Virus record (IMG/VR): IMGVR_UViG_3300034072_000926
Coordinates: 124,001-188,000 of that record
Direction: 5' to 3' (one strand)
Length of the DNA stretch: 64,000 nt
Each line of letters starts with the position of its first letter. The stretch's first letter is position 1. Under the pieces are notes generated by a model. The model saw only the letters and a list, made by a program, of their open reading frames with translations, ran no database searches and was not told the DNA's origin. This document shows, one piece after another, positions 36,571-45,245 of this stretch. Made by a program: the position numbers and the translations under genes.

Positions 36571-37794
36571 TTAGAGAAACTTCAGGTTTGCGGTATTGAT
36601 ACCGACCAGACCCAGGTAGTCTGCAGCGTTACCCAGCGACGATGCGCTGTTGGTGAGCTCCAGGTAACCATAACGGGTCATGAACGAAACCACAGGCTCG
36701 AAAGTCTGGGGATCAATAACAACGCCCGACGAGGTCAGTGGAACGTATGGGCAGTAGTATGCCGCAGCGTCGATTTCGCCCTGGCCCTTGTAACCAACTA
36801 GCACTGGAGTGTCGTCCTGTGCATACTGGTCAACGTAGACGCGCAGCGAGTTGTTCAGGGTGCCAACATACTTGGTGTTGGTTGGAGCCTCGAACACGCC
36901 CTCAGTGGTGCGAGCGAATGCCGAAGTGGTAGCCGACTGCAGGATGGTCAGAGCGGTTGGGCTCACGACGATCCAGTTTGCAGCACCACGACGGGTGCGC
37001 TGTGCGATCAGGTTTGCCTGACGGTTGATCAGAACCGAAAGAGCAGCATGTTCGTCACCAACGAAGGTTGCGGTGCCCGACACGTTTGCCTGGTCATACG
37101 AAGCAGTTGGTGCGCCTGGAAGCATACGCAGCGAGTTCAGGATTTCCTGGTCGATTTCTGCGGTGATTTCCTGGGCAAGAGCAGCCATGATTTCTGCTTC
37201 AATGTCGATGCCCTGCTGAGCCTGTGCGTCCTGCTGAGCCTCGAAGGTCCAACGTGCGGAGAGCCTACGGGTCTTCGCTTCGACGGTTTCCTTCAGGATC
37301 TGGATCGACAGACGGTTGCCTGGACGACCTTCAAGAGCAGCAGTCGATGCAGCGCGTGGCAGCTGAGCGTTGGTCTGACCGTTACCCGAGTATGCCTTAG
37401 CAATCTCGAATGGGCTCAGAGCTTCTGCACCAGCAGTAACGCCAGCAGCGTTGTCTGCGTAACGAACGCGCAGGGTGTGGATCTGTGCAACTGGGCCAGT
37501 CATTGGCTGAACGCCGATGATTTCGTTTGCAATCACAGTTGGCATAACGCGACGTAGAACTGGAAGGATAACTTTGTTCAGGGTAGCGACGTTACCGGAA
37601 GCGGTTGCACCAGCGGAAGCAGTTTCCATCAGTGGGTTACGACGCATCAGGTCCTGGCGGGTGTTCTCAAGAACAACATCCATAACCTTCTGCTTGTTTG
37701 GGTTGGCAGAGCCATCCATGTTGACTAGAAGGTCACGACCCTCGCAGAGAGCTTCCTTAGTGGCCTTCCAATTGCTTTCAAAGAGCTTAGACAT
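36571..37794 (-). CDS. gp23: Major capsid protein, T4 gp23-like
   Basis: VMPTVIANEIIGVQPMTGPVAQIHTLR, KTRRLSARWTFE, AQEITAEIDQE, YCPYVPL, FEPVVSFMTRYG. Confidence 0.97.
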   Translation of the reverse strand: MSKLFESNWKATKEALCEGRDLLVNMDGSANPNKQKVMDVVLENTRQDLMRRNPLMETASAGATASGNVATLNKVILPVLRRVMPTVIANEIIGVQPMTGPVAQIHTLRVRYADNAAGVTAGAEALSPFEIAKAYSGNGQTNAQLPRAASTAALEGRPGNRLSIQILKETVEAKTRRLSARWTFEAQQDAQAQQGIDIEAEIMAALAQEITAEIDQEILNSLRMLPGAPTASYDQANVSGTATFVGDEHAALSVLINRQANLIAQRTRRGAANWIVVSPTALTILQSATTSAFARTTEGVFEAPTNTKYVGTLNNSLRVYVDQYAQDDTPVLVGYKGQGEIDAAAYYCPYVPLTSSGVVIDPQTFEPVVSFMTRYGYLELTNSASSLGNAADYLGLVGINTANLKFL

Positions 37795-37808
37795 TGGTAA
37801 ATTACTCC

Positions 37809-39221
37809 TTATTCTTCAATACCAGCCAGTCGGCGTAGTTCTGCGATTCCGAGGCGATCCTCGTTTACAGCAACTTCCTCCGCGCGGGCAGATTCGGCAA
37901 GTGGGTTGACGCGATTGCCAGTTACGGCGACCGTCTTCTTAGGTTCGGCGGCAGTCTCAGACAGCACACGACGACCCTGGGTTGCGTTCCTCATGCCCTC
38001 GTTGAGGACAGTTGGAAGGTACTTTTGGAATGCTTCCTTCAGCTTGTCAGTCTTGACAGTCTCAAGGAGTTCTTCCATCACGTTCCTCTTCTCCTTACTT
38101 AGCGGAGCGAGAAGTTCGTTCTTGATCTGGACACGAGCAGCGCGCTCTTCAGCCAGCTTTGCGCGACGTGCGCTAGTCTGGATCTCTGCGTTCTTCTCGG
38201 TCAGAATCTTGTTTGCAGCTTCTAGCTGGGTCTGGGATTCAACCAGCTGCGTCTGCAGCTTGCGAATTTCCGAACCTTCGCTGAAGAGGCTGGTCATGAA
38301 CTCGGCCTGGAAAGCTTCATATAGGCGACGACCGAACATATTGTTGCGGGCTTCCTTAATGTCTTCCTTCAGCTGGGTCAGTTCGCCGCGGATCTGAGCT
38401 TCGACGGTCGATTCAACTAGCTTGCTTGCGCGAGCAATGAATGCCTTCTTGGTCTCTTCTAGCTTTGCCTTCGACTCAGCAACCAGTCGAACCTTGGCTT
38501 CAACAAGAGCATTCTTGTCGATTTCTAGTTCGCCGATTTCCTTGTTCAGCTGCTCAAGGACAAAGCCCTCAAGCTTATTGATGCGAGCAGCAGTCTGCTC
38601 GTTCATCTGGATGCGGTGTTCACGAAGCTTCTTAGCATCGCTTACGCGCTGTTCTGCCAGTGCAGTTTCCTGTGCCTTAACAGCCGAGATCTCTTCCGAG
38701 AGCTTTGCCATTACGAACTGCTCAATGCGGGTAGCGTGTTCTGCCAGCTTGGATTCGTAGTTACCCTTGGCTTCTGCGATTTCCTGTGCCAGCTTAACGC
38801 GCTGTTCCTGCATTGCACGATGGTCTTCGGATAGTTCCTTGACCTCTTCTGCCAACTGTGCCACCACGAACTGTTCGAGCATCTTTCCATGCTCTGCAGT
38901 CTTGGCCTTATATTCGGCGCGAGCCTCCTTAATAGCAACAGTGAGCTTCGTGCGCTCTTCATTCAAGGCCTTGGTTGCAGCAACCGACTCAGCTGCATAC
39001 TGCTTCACAGCATCAGTCAGCATGTTGTCCATTGCTTCGACCAGGTTACCCTTGTCTGCTTCAAAGCGAGCCGAAAACTCTTCGCGGACCTGCTCTTCAA
39101 CTTCCTCACGGAGATTCGAGCGGACCTCGTCCAGCTTTGCATTCCAAGCTTCTTCTAGTGCGCCCTTGGTTTCCTCGTTGAGGAGACCGGACTCAAGAAG
39201 CGAATTTAGTCCATTTTCCAT
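37809..39221 (-). CDS. Prohead core/scaffolding protein (coiled coil, gp22-like)
   Basis: E/A/K-rich coiled coil between protease and capsid genes; C-terminal LRRLAGI. Confidence 0.8.
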   Translation of the reverse strand: MENGLNSLLESGLLNEETKGALEEAWNAKLDEVRSNLREEVEEQVREEFSARFEADKGNLVEAMDNMLTDAVKQYAAESVAATKALNEERTKLTVAIKEARAEYKAKTAEHGKMLEQFVVAQLAEEVKELSEDHRAMQEQRVKLAQEIAEAKGNYESKLAEHATRIEQFVMAKLSEEISAVKAQETALAEQRVSDAKKLREHRIQMNEQTAARINKLEGFVLEQLNKEIGELEIDKNALVEAKVRLVAESKAKLEETKKAFIARASKLVESTVEAQIRGELTQLKEDIKEARNNMFGRRLYEAFQAEFMTSLFSEGSEIRKLQTQLVESQTQLEAANKILTEKNAEIQTSARRAKLAEERAARVQIKNELLAPLSKEKRNVMEELLETVKTDKLKEAFQKYLPTVLNEGMRNATQGRRVLSETAAEPKKTVAVTGNRVNPLAESARAEEVAVNEDRLGIAELRRLAGIEE

Positions 39222-39233
39222 TTAGACCACTCC

Positions 39234-39872
39234 TTAGGCTTTTAGGTTGTGGATCCAGTTCAGAAGCTCTTTTGCAAGATGCCCCTGTGCCTTAGGATCA
39301 TGCTTCACGGCATGTGCCAGGTCTTCAATGACTGCGCCGCGGCGTCGCATATTTAATGCTTCGTAAACGGCCTTTGGGTAAGCCTCAGGAGCCGATGGAC
39401 GAGCAACGATATCAACGGTTACAATCTCGAAATCCGAGACGTTACCACGATCGTCGACGTTACCGGAACCACGGCTGCTAACACCTAGCTTCACACCATT
39501 CTCAAGAAGGGTGCGAACGATGTTACCCATCGGAGTAGGGAGGATCTTGAGCTTGCCCATACCATTAGGACCGTCCATATACATATTGGTGATCATGTGA
39601 GAAACACGATCAATGTTAATGTTCAGTTCTTCTGGATGGTCTGCTTCGCCCAGGACGCTTTCGCCCCTACGCAGAGTGTCATTGATGCTTTCCACTGCCA
39701 TACGAATTTCGTTGACAGGGTAAACACGCTGGTTATGGTTCTTGGTTCCACCCTGAACAAAGATACCGCTCATAAACAAGTCCTTCGACTTGCCGTCGGC
39801 TCCTAGTTCGCCTGCTTCCACGATGCACTTAGCTTCGTCGAAGTTCATACGTTCGGTGAGTACCAATGCCAT
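39234..39872 (-). CDS. gp21: Prohead protease, T4 gp21-like
   Basis: KNHNQRVYP, LGEADHP, VSHMI, GVSSRGSG, TVDIVARPSAPEAY. Confidence 0.95.
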   Translation of the reverse strand: MALVLTERMNFDEAKCIVEAGELGADGKSKDLFMSGIFVQGGTKNHNQRVYPVNEIRMAVESINDTLRRGESVLGEADHPEELNINIDRVSHMITNMYMDGPNGMGKLKILPTPMGNIVRTLLENGVKLGVSSRGSGNVDDRGNVSDFEIVTVDIVARPSAPEAYPKAVYEALNMRRRGAVIEDLAHAVKHDPKAQGHLAKELLNWIHNLKA

Positions 39873-39877
39873 GTTGC

Positions 39878-40849
39878 TTACTTCCTCTTGAAGTCCGAAC
39901 CGCGCAGGTCAGTTGCCTGACCAATTGGGCTCTTTGGCGAGTCGGAACCGAAACCTGCCTTCGAGTTCAGCATTGCAGACTTGTCGCCTTCCTTGCTGAC
40001 CTTAGTGCGGCCATCAGTTGCCTTCTTGACCTGGTTCTTGAGGAGTGGCTTTGCCTTGACTTCTGGAGCAGCTTCGCGGTCGTAACCACTGTGCTCAGTT
40101 GCCTTGATCTCGACTGCATTACCACCAACGCGAGCGTCAGCGTCGTGCTCTGGAAGTGGGCTCTTTGCGTTCAGTGCAACCTTTGCACCTGCATCGCCGA
40201 TTTCCTTACCGCCCTGTAGGTTTGGATCCTTAACTGGCTCCAGGGTCCAGCTCTCTTCGAGGTCAGCGAATTCGTCAACTGCTTCAGTGACTTCTTCCTC
40301 TTCCTCGTCAACTTCCTCGGATTCGAAAGTCAGCGACTCTTCGGTTTCCATTTCAACTGGCTCACCAGCTTCGTCACCGAATTCTTCACCACCGAAGTCG
40401 TCGCCCATTTCTGGACCTTCAACTTCTGCTTCTTCGTCGCCAACGATTGCAGAGAACTCAGCCTTCAGGCGAGCCATAACTGCTTCGAGGTCTTCGATAG
40501 TGTCGCCGATGTTAGCTTCTGCTTCAACTTCTTCTGGGCCTTCGATTTCTGCACCGGCTTCTAGTTCGTCGCCAGCTTCGAGTTCATCGCCGCCCTCAAT
40601 GTCGCCGTCCAGTTCTTCGCCAGCTTCTGCATCAGCGTCATCGCCTTCTGCTTCACTGTAGAACTCTTCAGCCTTGATTGCTTCCTGGTCATCCTCGATG
40701 TCCTGGGAAAGCGTATTGTCTTCGGACATTTGCTCTTCGTGAATCTTCTTGGAAGTTTCAACGAACCACTCATGCAGAAGACTGGAAGCCTCGGCGTGCT
40801 CTTCATTTACGAGCATTTCGAGAACCTTGCTCAGGTCTACTGTCTTCAT
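39878..40849 (-). CDS. Highly acidic prohead core protein
   Basis: Extremely D/E-rich; AGGAG RBS; TAAATA at 40898-40903; paralog of 41014-42345. Confidence 0.7.
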   Translation of the reverse strand: MKTVDLSKVLEMLVNEEHAEASSLLHEWFVETSKKIHEEQMSEDNTLSQDIEDDQEAIKAEEFYSEAEGDDADAEAGEELDGDIEGGDELEAGDELEAGAEIEGPEEVEAEANIGDTIEDLEAVMARLKAEFSAIVGDEEAEVEGPEMGDDFGGEEFGDEAGEPVEMETEESLTFESEEVDEEEEEVTEAVDEFADLEESWTLEPVKDPNLQGGKEIGDAGAKVALNAKSPLPEHDADARVGGNAVEIKATEHSGYDREAAPEVKAKPLLKNQVKKATDGRTKVSKEGDKSAMLNSKAGFGSDSPKSPIGQATDLRGSDFKRK

Positions 40850-41013
40850 GTGTGCTCTCCTTATTACATTGAACATCGCGTGGCTCTGTTCACACCATAT
40901 TTAATCTTTTTTCGTTTTTACGGTTCGAAAAGGGTTAAAAAGTGCGTTTTTGACCAAACGACGCTCAAAATGGAAAAAAGCGGGGAAGTTTCCTCCCCCG
41001 CTAGTTTAGTCTC

Positions 41014-42345
41014 TTACTTCTTGAGACCCTTTGCACCCTTGCCGCTGATTGGCGACTGGGTGTTCTCCTTGCCGTCCTTCTTATTAAGAAGTGCCGAAGT
41101 ATTGCCCTTATCAGCAACCTTCTTGAGCTCTTCCTTGCCATTCTGGACCGTGTTCTTGACCTTTACATCGGCGACCTTAGGCGCCTTTTCAAGAGCGTGA
41201 CCAGTGTGGCCCTTACCCTTTACTTCAACTGGGTCGCCACCGAGACGATCCTTACCCTTGTGCGATGGAAGCGTTGCCTTGGTGTTTACCGAGACCTTGC
41301 CCTCTTCGCCGACCTGAGCACCTTCGACGTTCTGCAGCTTGTCAGAAATCGTTTCGAGACCCTTGAATGCCTCATGCAGTTCTGCAATCAGAGCATCAGC
41401 AGATTCCTCAACAGTATCAAGGTATTCAATAACCTGTCCAACGTGATTCACAATAGCTTCTGCGTACAAACTGCACTCTTGATCACTAATTTCCGCACCA
41501 GCGCGGTCAAACGCTTCGGCTAGAGAATTTTTAGCAACTTCAGAAATTTTATAAAAAGGAATTGAGGTATCCATGTCAATTGCTACGGTAATACCAGACT
41601 GACTTGTTACTTCATAAACCATAGAAGCATAGTCACCTGAGCTATTAACTTCTGGAACAATGTTCTCGTAGCCGTGGACCTGATTTAAATCGGAACTTAC
41701 CTCACCAAGCTGCTCGCCTTCATACTGAAGAGCAGCCTTTTCACGACGGGCCTTGTCAGCAACCATGTTCAAACCAGCGACGCGACGACCAACCTTTTCG
41801 TCATCGGCGGTTGGATGATCACGATCCTTGCGGGCCTTCTTTGCGTATGTCTTCATTGTATCAAACGACAGTTCGTCAATGCGAGCTTCTTCAACAGAGT
41901 TATCAATATGCTCTCTGACCATGTCAATATGAGCAGCAATTGCCGACGCATATGCTTGGATTTCTGCATTACTAATTGACGAGCCTTCGTCTGCGAAAGC
42001 TGCCTCGAGAGCGCTTGCTGCCGTTTCTTCAGTCTGATAGAATGGCACTGAGGTGTCCATATCAATAGCAACCGTTTCACCATTATGACTGGTAACTTCG
42101 TAAACCATAGAAGCAAAATCACCCGAGATGTTAACCTCTGGAATAATGTTCTCATAGCCATGGACCTGATTTAGATCAGGACTTTCACCTGCTTCAGCAA
42201 TTTCCGACTCAGCAACCGGATTAGTCAGCCGATTGTGAACGTTCCTGGCTGCGTCAACGAACCACTCGTGAAGAGCGGCAGCGGCATCATCGGTGTTATC
42301 ACTGTTAAGCGATTCCATGATGTCCATAAGAGTAATCTTGTTCAT
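41014..42345 (-). CDS. Prohead core-like protein with an internal duplicated domain
   Basis: Shares LHEWFV and C-terminal motifs with 39878-40849; two copies of DLNQVHGYENI.PEVN.SGD.ASMVYEVTS. Confidence 0.75.
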   Translation of the reverse strand: MNKITLMDIMESLNSDNTDDAAAALHEWFVDAARNVHNRLTNPVAESEIAEAGESPDLNQVHGYENIIPEVNISGDFASMVYEVTSHNGETVAIDMDTSVPFYQTEETAASALEAAFADEGSSISNAEIQAYASAIAAHIDMVREHIDNSVEEARIDELSFDTMKTYAKKARKDRDHPTADDEKVGRRVAGLNMVADKARREKAALQYEGEQLGEVSSDLNQVHGYENIVPEVNSSGDYASMVYEVTSQSGITVAIDMDTSIPFYKISEVAKNSLAEAFDRAGAEISDQECSLYAEAIVNHVGQVIEYLDTVEESADALIAELHEAFKGLETISDKLQNVEGAQVGEEGKVSVNTKATLPSHKGKDRLGGDPVEVKGKGHTGHALEKAPKVADVKVKNTVQNGKEELKKVADKGNTSALLNKKDGKENTQSPISGKGAKGLKK

Positions 42346-42463
42346 TTTATCTCCTTCGCGAAAGGATTTGGGGAGGACAATGCCTCCAAACATATCTCTT
42401 ATTTATGGTTTGGATTGACATCACCTACAGAACACCTTAATATGAAGACCAAAGGAGTAACCC

Positions 42464-42889
42464 GTGCTAGCCAATTCAAGCCTTGCTGATGATGTGAAAG
42501 AATTCCTCGACAGCGGAGATCGAGAATTCGTTACAATTCTACGGATGAGTCCAAGAGACGATATCCAGGCCCAGGCGGTTGTGCGGTATCTCATGCAAAT
42601 CAAGCATTGGCCATTCACACCTGATAGCGACTTCGCCCACGCGCTTGAACATCTGTTCGGCGACTATCCGGAACGAAAGAAAGTCGACCCGGTCGAATAT
42701 AAGGCAACAACTGAGAAGCTGATCCTCGAAATGTTTGGATATCAGTGTATTGAGGTTGTGCCAGAACCCGCACCGGTCGAAGAGAAGGCCGAAAAGCCGA
42801 AGCGTGGCAAGAAGTCCGTCAAAGAAAAGGCTGACGAGGAAGGTGAGAGTGGTTCGCGGACATTCAAGAGCTTGAACGAGCTTGACTGA
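42464..42889 (+). CDS. Hypothetical protein
   Basis: AAAGGAG RBS; TTGACA-17-TAATAT promoter. Confidence 0.7.
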   Translation: MLANSSLADDVKEFLDSGDREFVTILRMSPRDDIQAQAVVRYLMQIKHWPFTPDSDFAHALEHLFGDYPERKKVDPVEYKATTEKLILEMFGYQCIEVVPEPAPVEEKAEKPKRGKKSVKEKADEEGESGSRTFKSLNELD

Positions 42890-42929
42890 CTAAACCTTAG
42901 TTGCTAGTTAGGTGCTAAGGAGTCGCACT

Positions 42930-43220
42930 ATGTCCATGGATACAAACAAAATAAAAGTCATCGTCGCCCAGGCTAAGGCCCTGACAAACGGCGAGGAAGA
43001 GCCACAGAATATCATGACCTCGATGGTTCGTGATATGGCAAGATCGCCAACTTTTGCGGTTGCAATCATCACACACCTCAAGGATAAGGGTGTGGATCTC
43101 ATGTCCGTAGATAGCGATGCCTCAGAAGCCTTCCGAGAAAAGTTTCGTCCACAGATAGAAAAACTGGGCGAAAATGAATTCGCCCAGATTCGTAAAATCT
43201 CAACCAAGTTGTTTGGTTAG
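42930..43220 (+). CDS. Hypothetical protein
   Basis: AAGGAG RBS; TTGACT promoter. Confidence 0.65.
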   Translation: MSMDTNKIKVIVAQAKALTNGEEEPQNIMTSMVRDMARSPTFAVAIITHLKDKGVDLMSVDSDASEAFREKFRPQIEKLGENEFAQIRKISTKLFG

Positions 43221-43471
43221 ATGCCTTCGTCTTCTCCACCGGCACCAATACCATACATGATGCCAAGAAGCTCTTGCTTCTTGACCATTTCAAGGTTCTT
43301 AGTGGAGCGGATCTTCTTTAGACGGTTAACCATCTTCAGTGTCAGTGTAGGCTTGCGAGTGTCTCCAAGCCTATGCTTATTGAGATCATCTGACTGAGGA
43401 TCATAGAAACCAACGTCTTCCTGATCATCCTCAACTCGCATGTTCTCCCTTAGGATTTCAAGATACCTCAT
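43217..43471 (-). CDS. Small portal-adjacent head protein
   Basis: Coupled to the portal stop; TRKPTLTLKMVNRLKKIR. Confidence 0.6.
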   Translation of the reverse strand: MRYLEILRENMRVEDDQEDVGFYDPQSDDLNKHRLGDTRKPTLTLKMVNRLKKIRSTKNLEMVKKQELLGIMYGIGAGGEDEGI

Positions 43472-45210
43472 AGTTCTGCATCCTCTCCACTAGAGCCTTC
43501 ATCGCCTGAGATCGGACTTGCACCCGAGACGTCATCGCCCATATCGGCTTCTTCGTCTCCCATGTCATCGCCCATATCCATTTCGTCTTGCGGACGAATA
43601 CCAATTCCTTCCATACCAACTGGGGCACTTCCAGCAAAGCTGTCATCGGCTCCAGTTCCCTTGGTCAGGTCACGATTTTCTTCACGCCACATACGTTCGT
43701 TTTCGTTGATCTGTTCTTCAGTCAGACCCAAATACGTGGTCATTAGCCAACGTTTCGAGAAATGCTTCATTTCAGCAAGTGGCTGATAGACGCTGATAGC
43801 CGCAGAGTCTCGTTCAATCTTCGCATAAACGCCGAAGTTCTCAGGAGGATTGAAGTTGAGTTCGAACATCGAAACGTCGATGTTGTCAAAGCCACGACGC
43901 TTAACAAAGAGCTTGAACTCATCATCGAATACTGGACTCAGAAGATTCTGTAGACGCTGACAATACTGCGCGAAACGGAACTCCTGAATGTAAGCCGTGC
44001 CTACTCGACCATCGTTAAAGGACTGTGTGCCATCCTCAGGACCAGTTGGGAGATAGCTAGAAGGAACACGAAGACCGCGAAGAAGCTTGTTGGTCCAGAA
44101 CTTCAAGTCGTCAATCTGACCAAGGTTTTCACCAGCTGGGAGAGTTTCAACTCTCGAACCACGACCTTCGGCCGACTGAGCGAAGAAGAAGTCTTCCATC
44201 ATGCTCATTGGATTGTAGGTTGCATCGCCCATGTTTGCACCACCGCCGGTCCTGCTTGGGAAACGACGCTGATGAATCTCGTTCTTGACCTTTTCCAAAT
44301 AGGTACCGACCCTATGCAGAGGCATGCCGCCGACGTCAATGTAGAACACTCGACGTTCAGGGGCTCGCTGGATTCGGTAAATGATGATTGCTTCTTCGAG
44401 CAGTCCTTTTTCTCGCCAAACCTTGTAGACAGACTCGAGAATGCTTGTGCCGAATGGCCAGTTGGAATCAAGACCTTCAGAGAGCGATAGATGCACCACG
44501 TGAGTAGCTTCAACAGCCGTCAGAGAGGTTTCTCCATCAAAGCGACTGTTGTTAGGGTTACCATGCCCCCAACGCTTAGAATCCTTTGTAGGGCGTTGGA
44601 AAGTCATCTGACTTGTTCCACCTACTAGGTTGTTACCATACTTCTCAGGAGCAGTAGCAGTGAAGCTGGACAGATTGAGATCAAGATCACGGAAGACATA
44701 AGCCTCAGGTAGCTTGCCTTCTGCTTCATTGACTAGGATCTTTTCAACCTTTGCTGGATCAACATAAAACCAACGTAGGGTTTCTGGATCACGAACAAAG
44801 AACTGATCACCATATTTGAGGGTGCTACGGAACATCCTCCAAATACGCTTCTTGAAATCGTTAATCTTCGACCACTGCATCAAACAAGTCTTGAGAATCT
44901 CAACCTCAGTCTCACTTGCTTCCTTGCGATACTTGATCTCAAAGACCTCATCGGACTTCTCATCCTTCTGAGTGCAAAAGTCTGCAATCGTATCAAGGGC
45001 AGCATTGACCTCAGAGTCGTTATCCATGTCATCATACTGACCATAACGGTCAATACGCATTGGAGAGCCCTCGTAGACTTCTGGAAGAGGACTGGAGAAA
45101 TTAGCTGAACTGCTATTGCTGGACACGTTGCCAAAGTCGCGAGACTTGGCCAGTTGCCTCTGAAGCAACTGTTGAACGGGTACCATTTGCATATGCTTTT
45201 TGTAAGACAT
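43468..45210 (-). CDS. gp20: Portal protein, T4 gp20-like
   Basis: MDNDSEVNAALD, LEEAIIIYRIQRAPERRVFYIDVG, EDFFFAQ, GRGSRVETLPAGENLG, LRVPSSYL. Confidence 0.96.
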   Translation of the reverse strand: MSYKKHMQMVPVQQLLQRQLAKSRDFGNVSSNSSSANFSSPLPEVYEGSPMRIDRYGQYDDMDNDSEVNAALDTIADFCTQKDEKSDEVFEIKYRKEASETEVEILKTCLMQWSKINDFKKRIWRMFRSTLKYGDQFFVRDPETLRWFYVDPAKVEKILVNEAEGKLPEAYVFRDLDLNLSSFTATAPEKYGNNLVGGTSQMTFQRPTKDSKRWGHGNPNNSRFDGETSLTAVEATHVVHLSLSEGLDSNWPFGTSILESVYKVWREKGLLEEAIIIYRIQRAPERRVFYIDVGGMPLHRVGTYLEKVKNEIHQRRFPSRTGGGANMGDATYNPMSMMEDFFFAQSAEGRGSRVETLPAGENLGQIDDLKFWTNKLLRGLRVPSSYLPTGPEDGTQSFNDGRVGTAYIQEFRFAQYCQRLQNLLSPVFDDEFKLFVKRRGFDNIDVSMFELNFNPPENFGVYAKIERDSAAISVYQPLAEMKHFSKRWLMTTYLGLTEEQINENERMWREENRDLTKGTGADDSFAGSAPVGMEGIGIRPQDEMDMGDDMGDEEADMGDDVSGASPISGDEGSSGEDAEL

Positions 45211-45245
45211 CTGGTTCCTTGAGTCGTAGATACCAGATATTTAGC

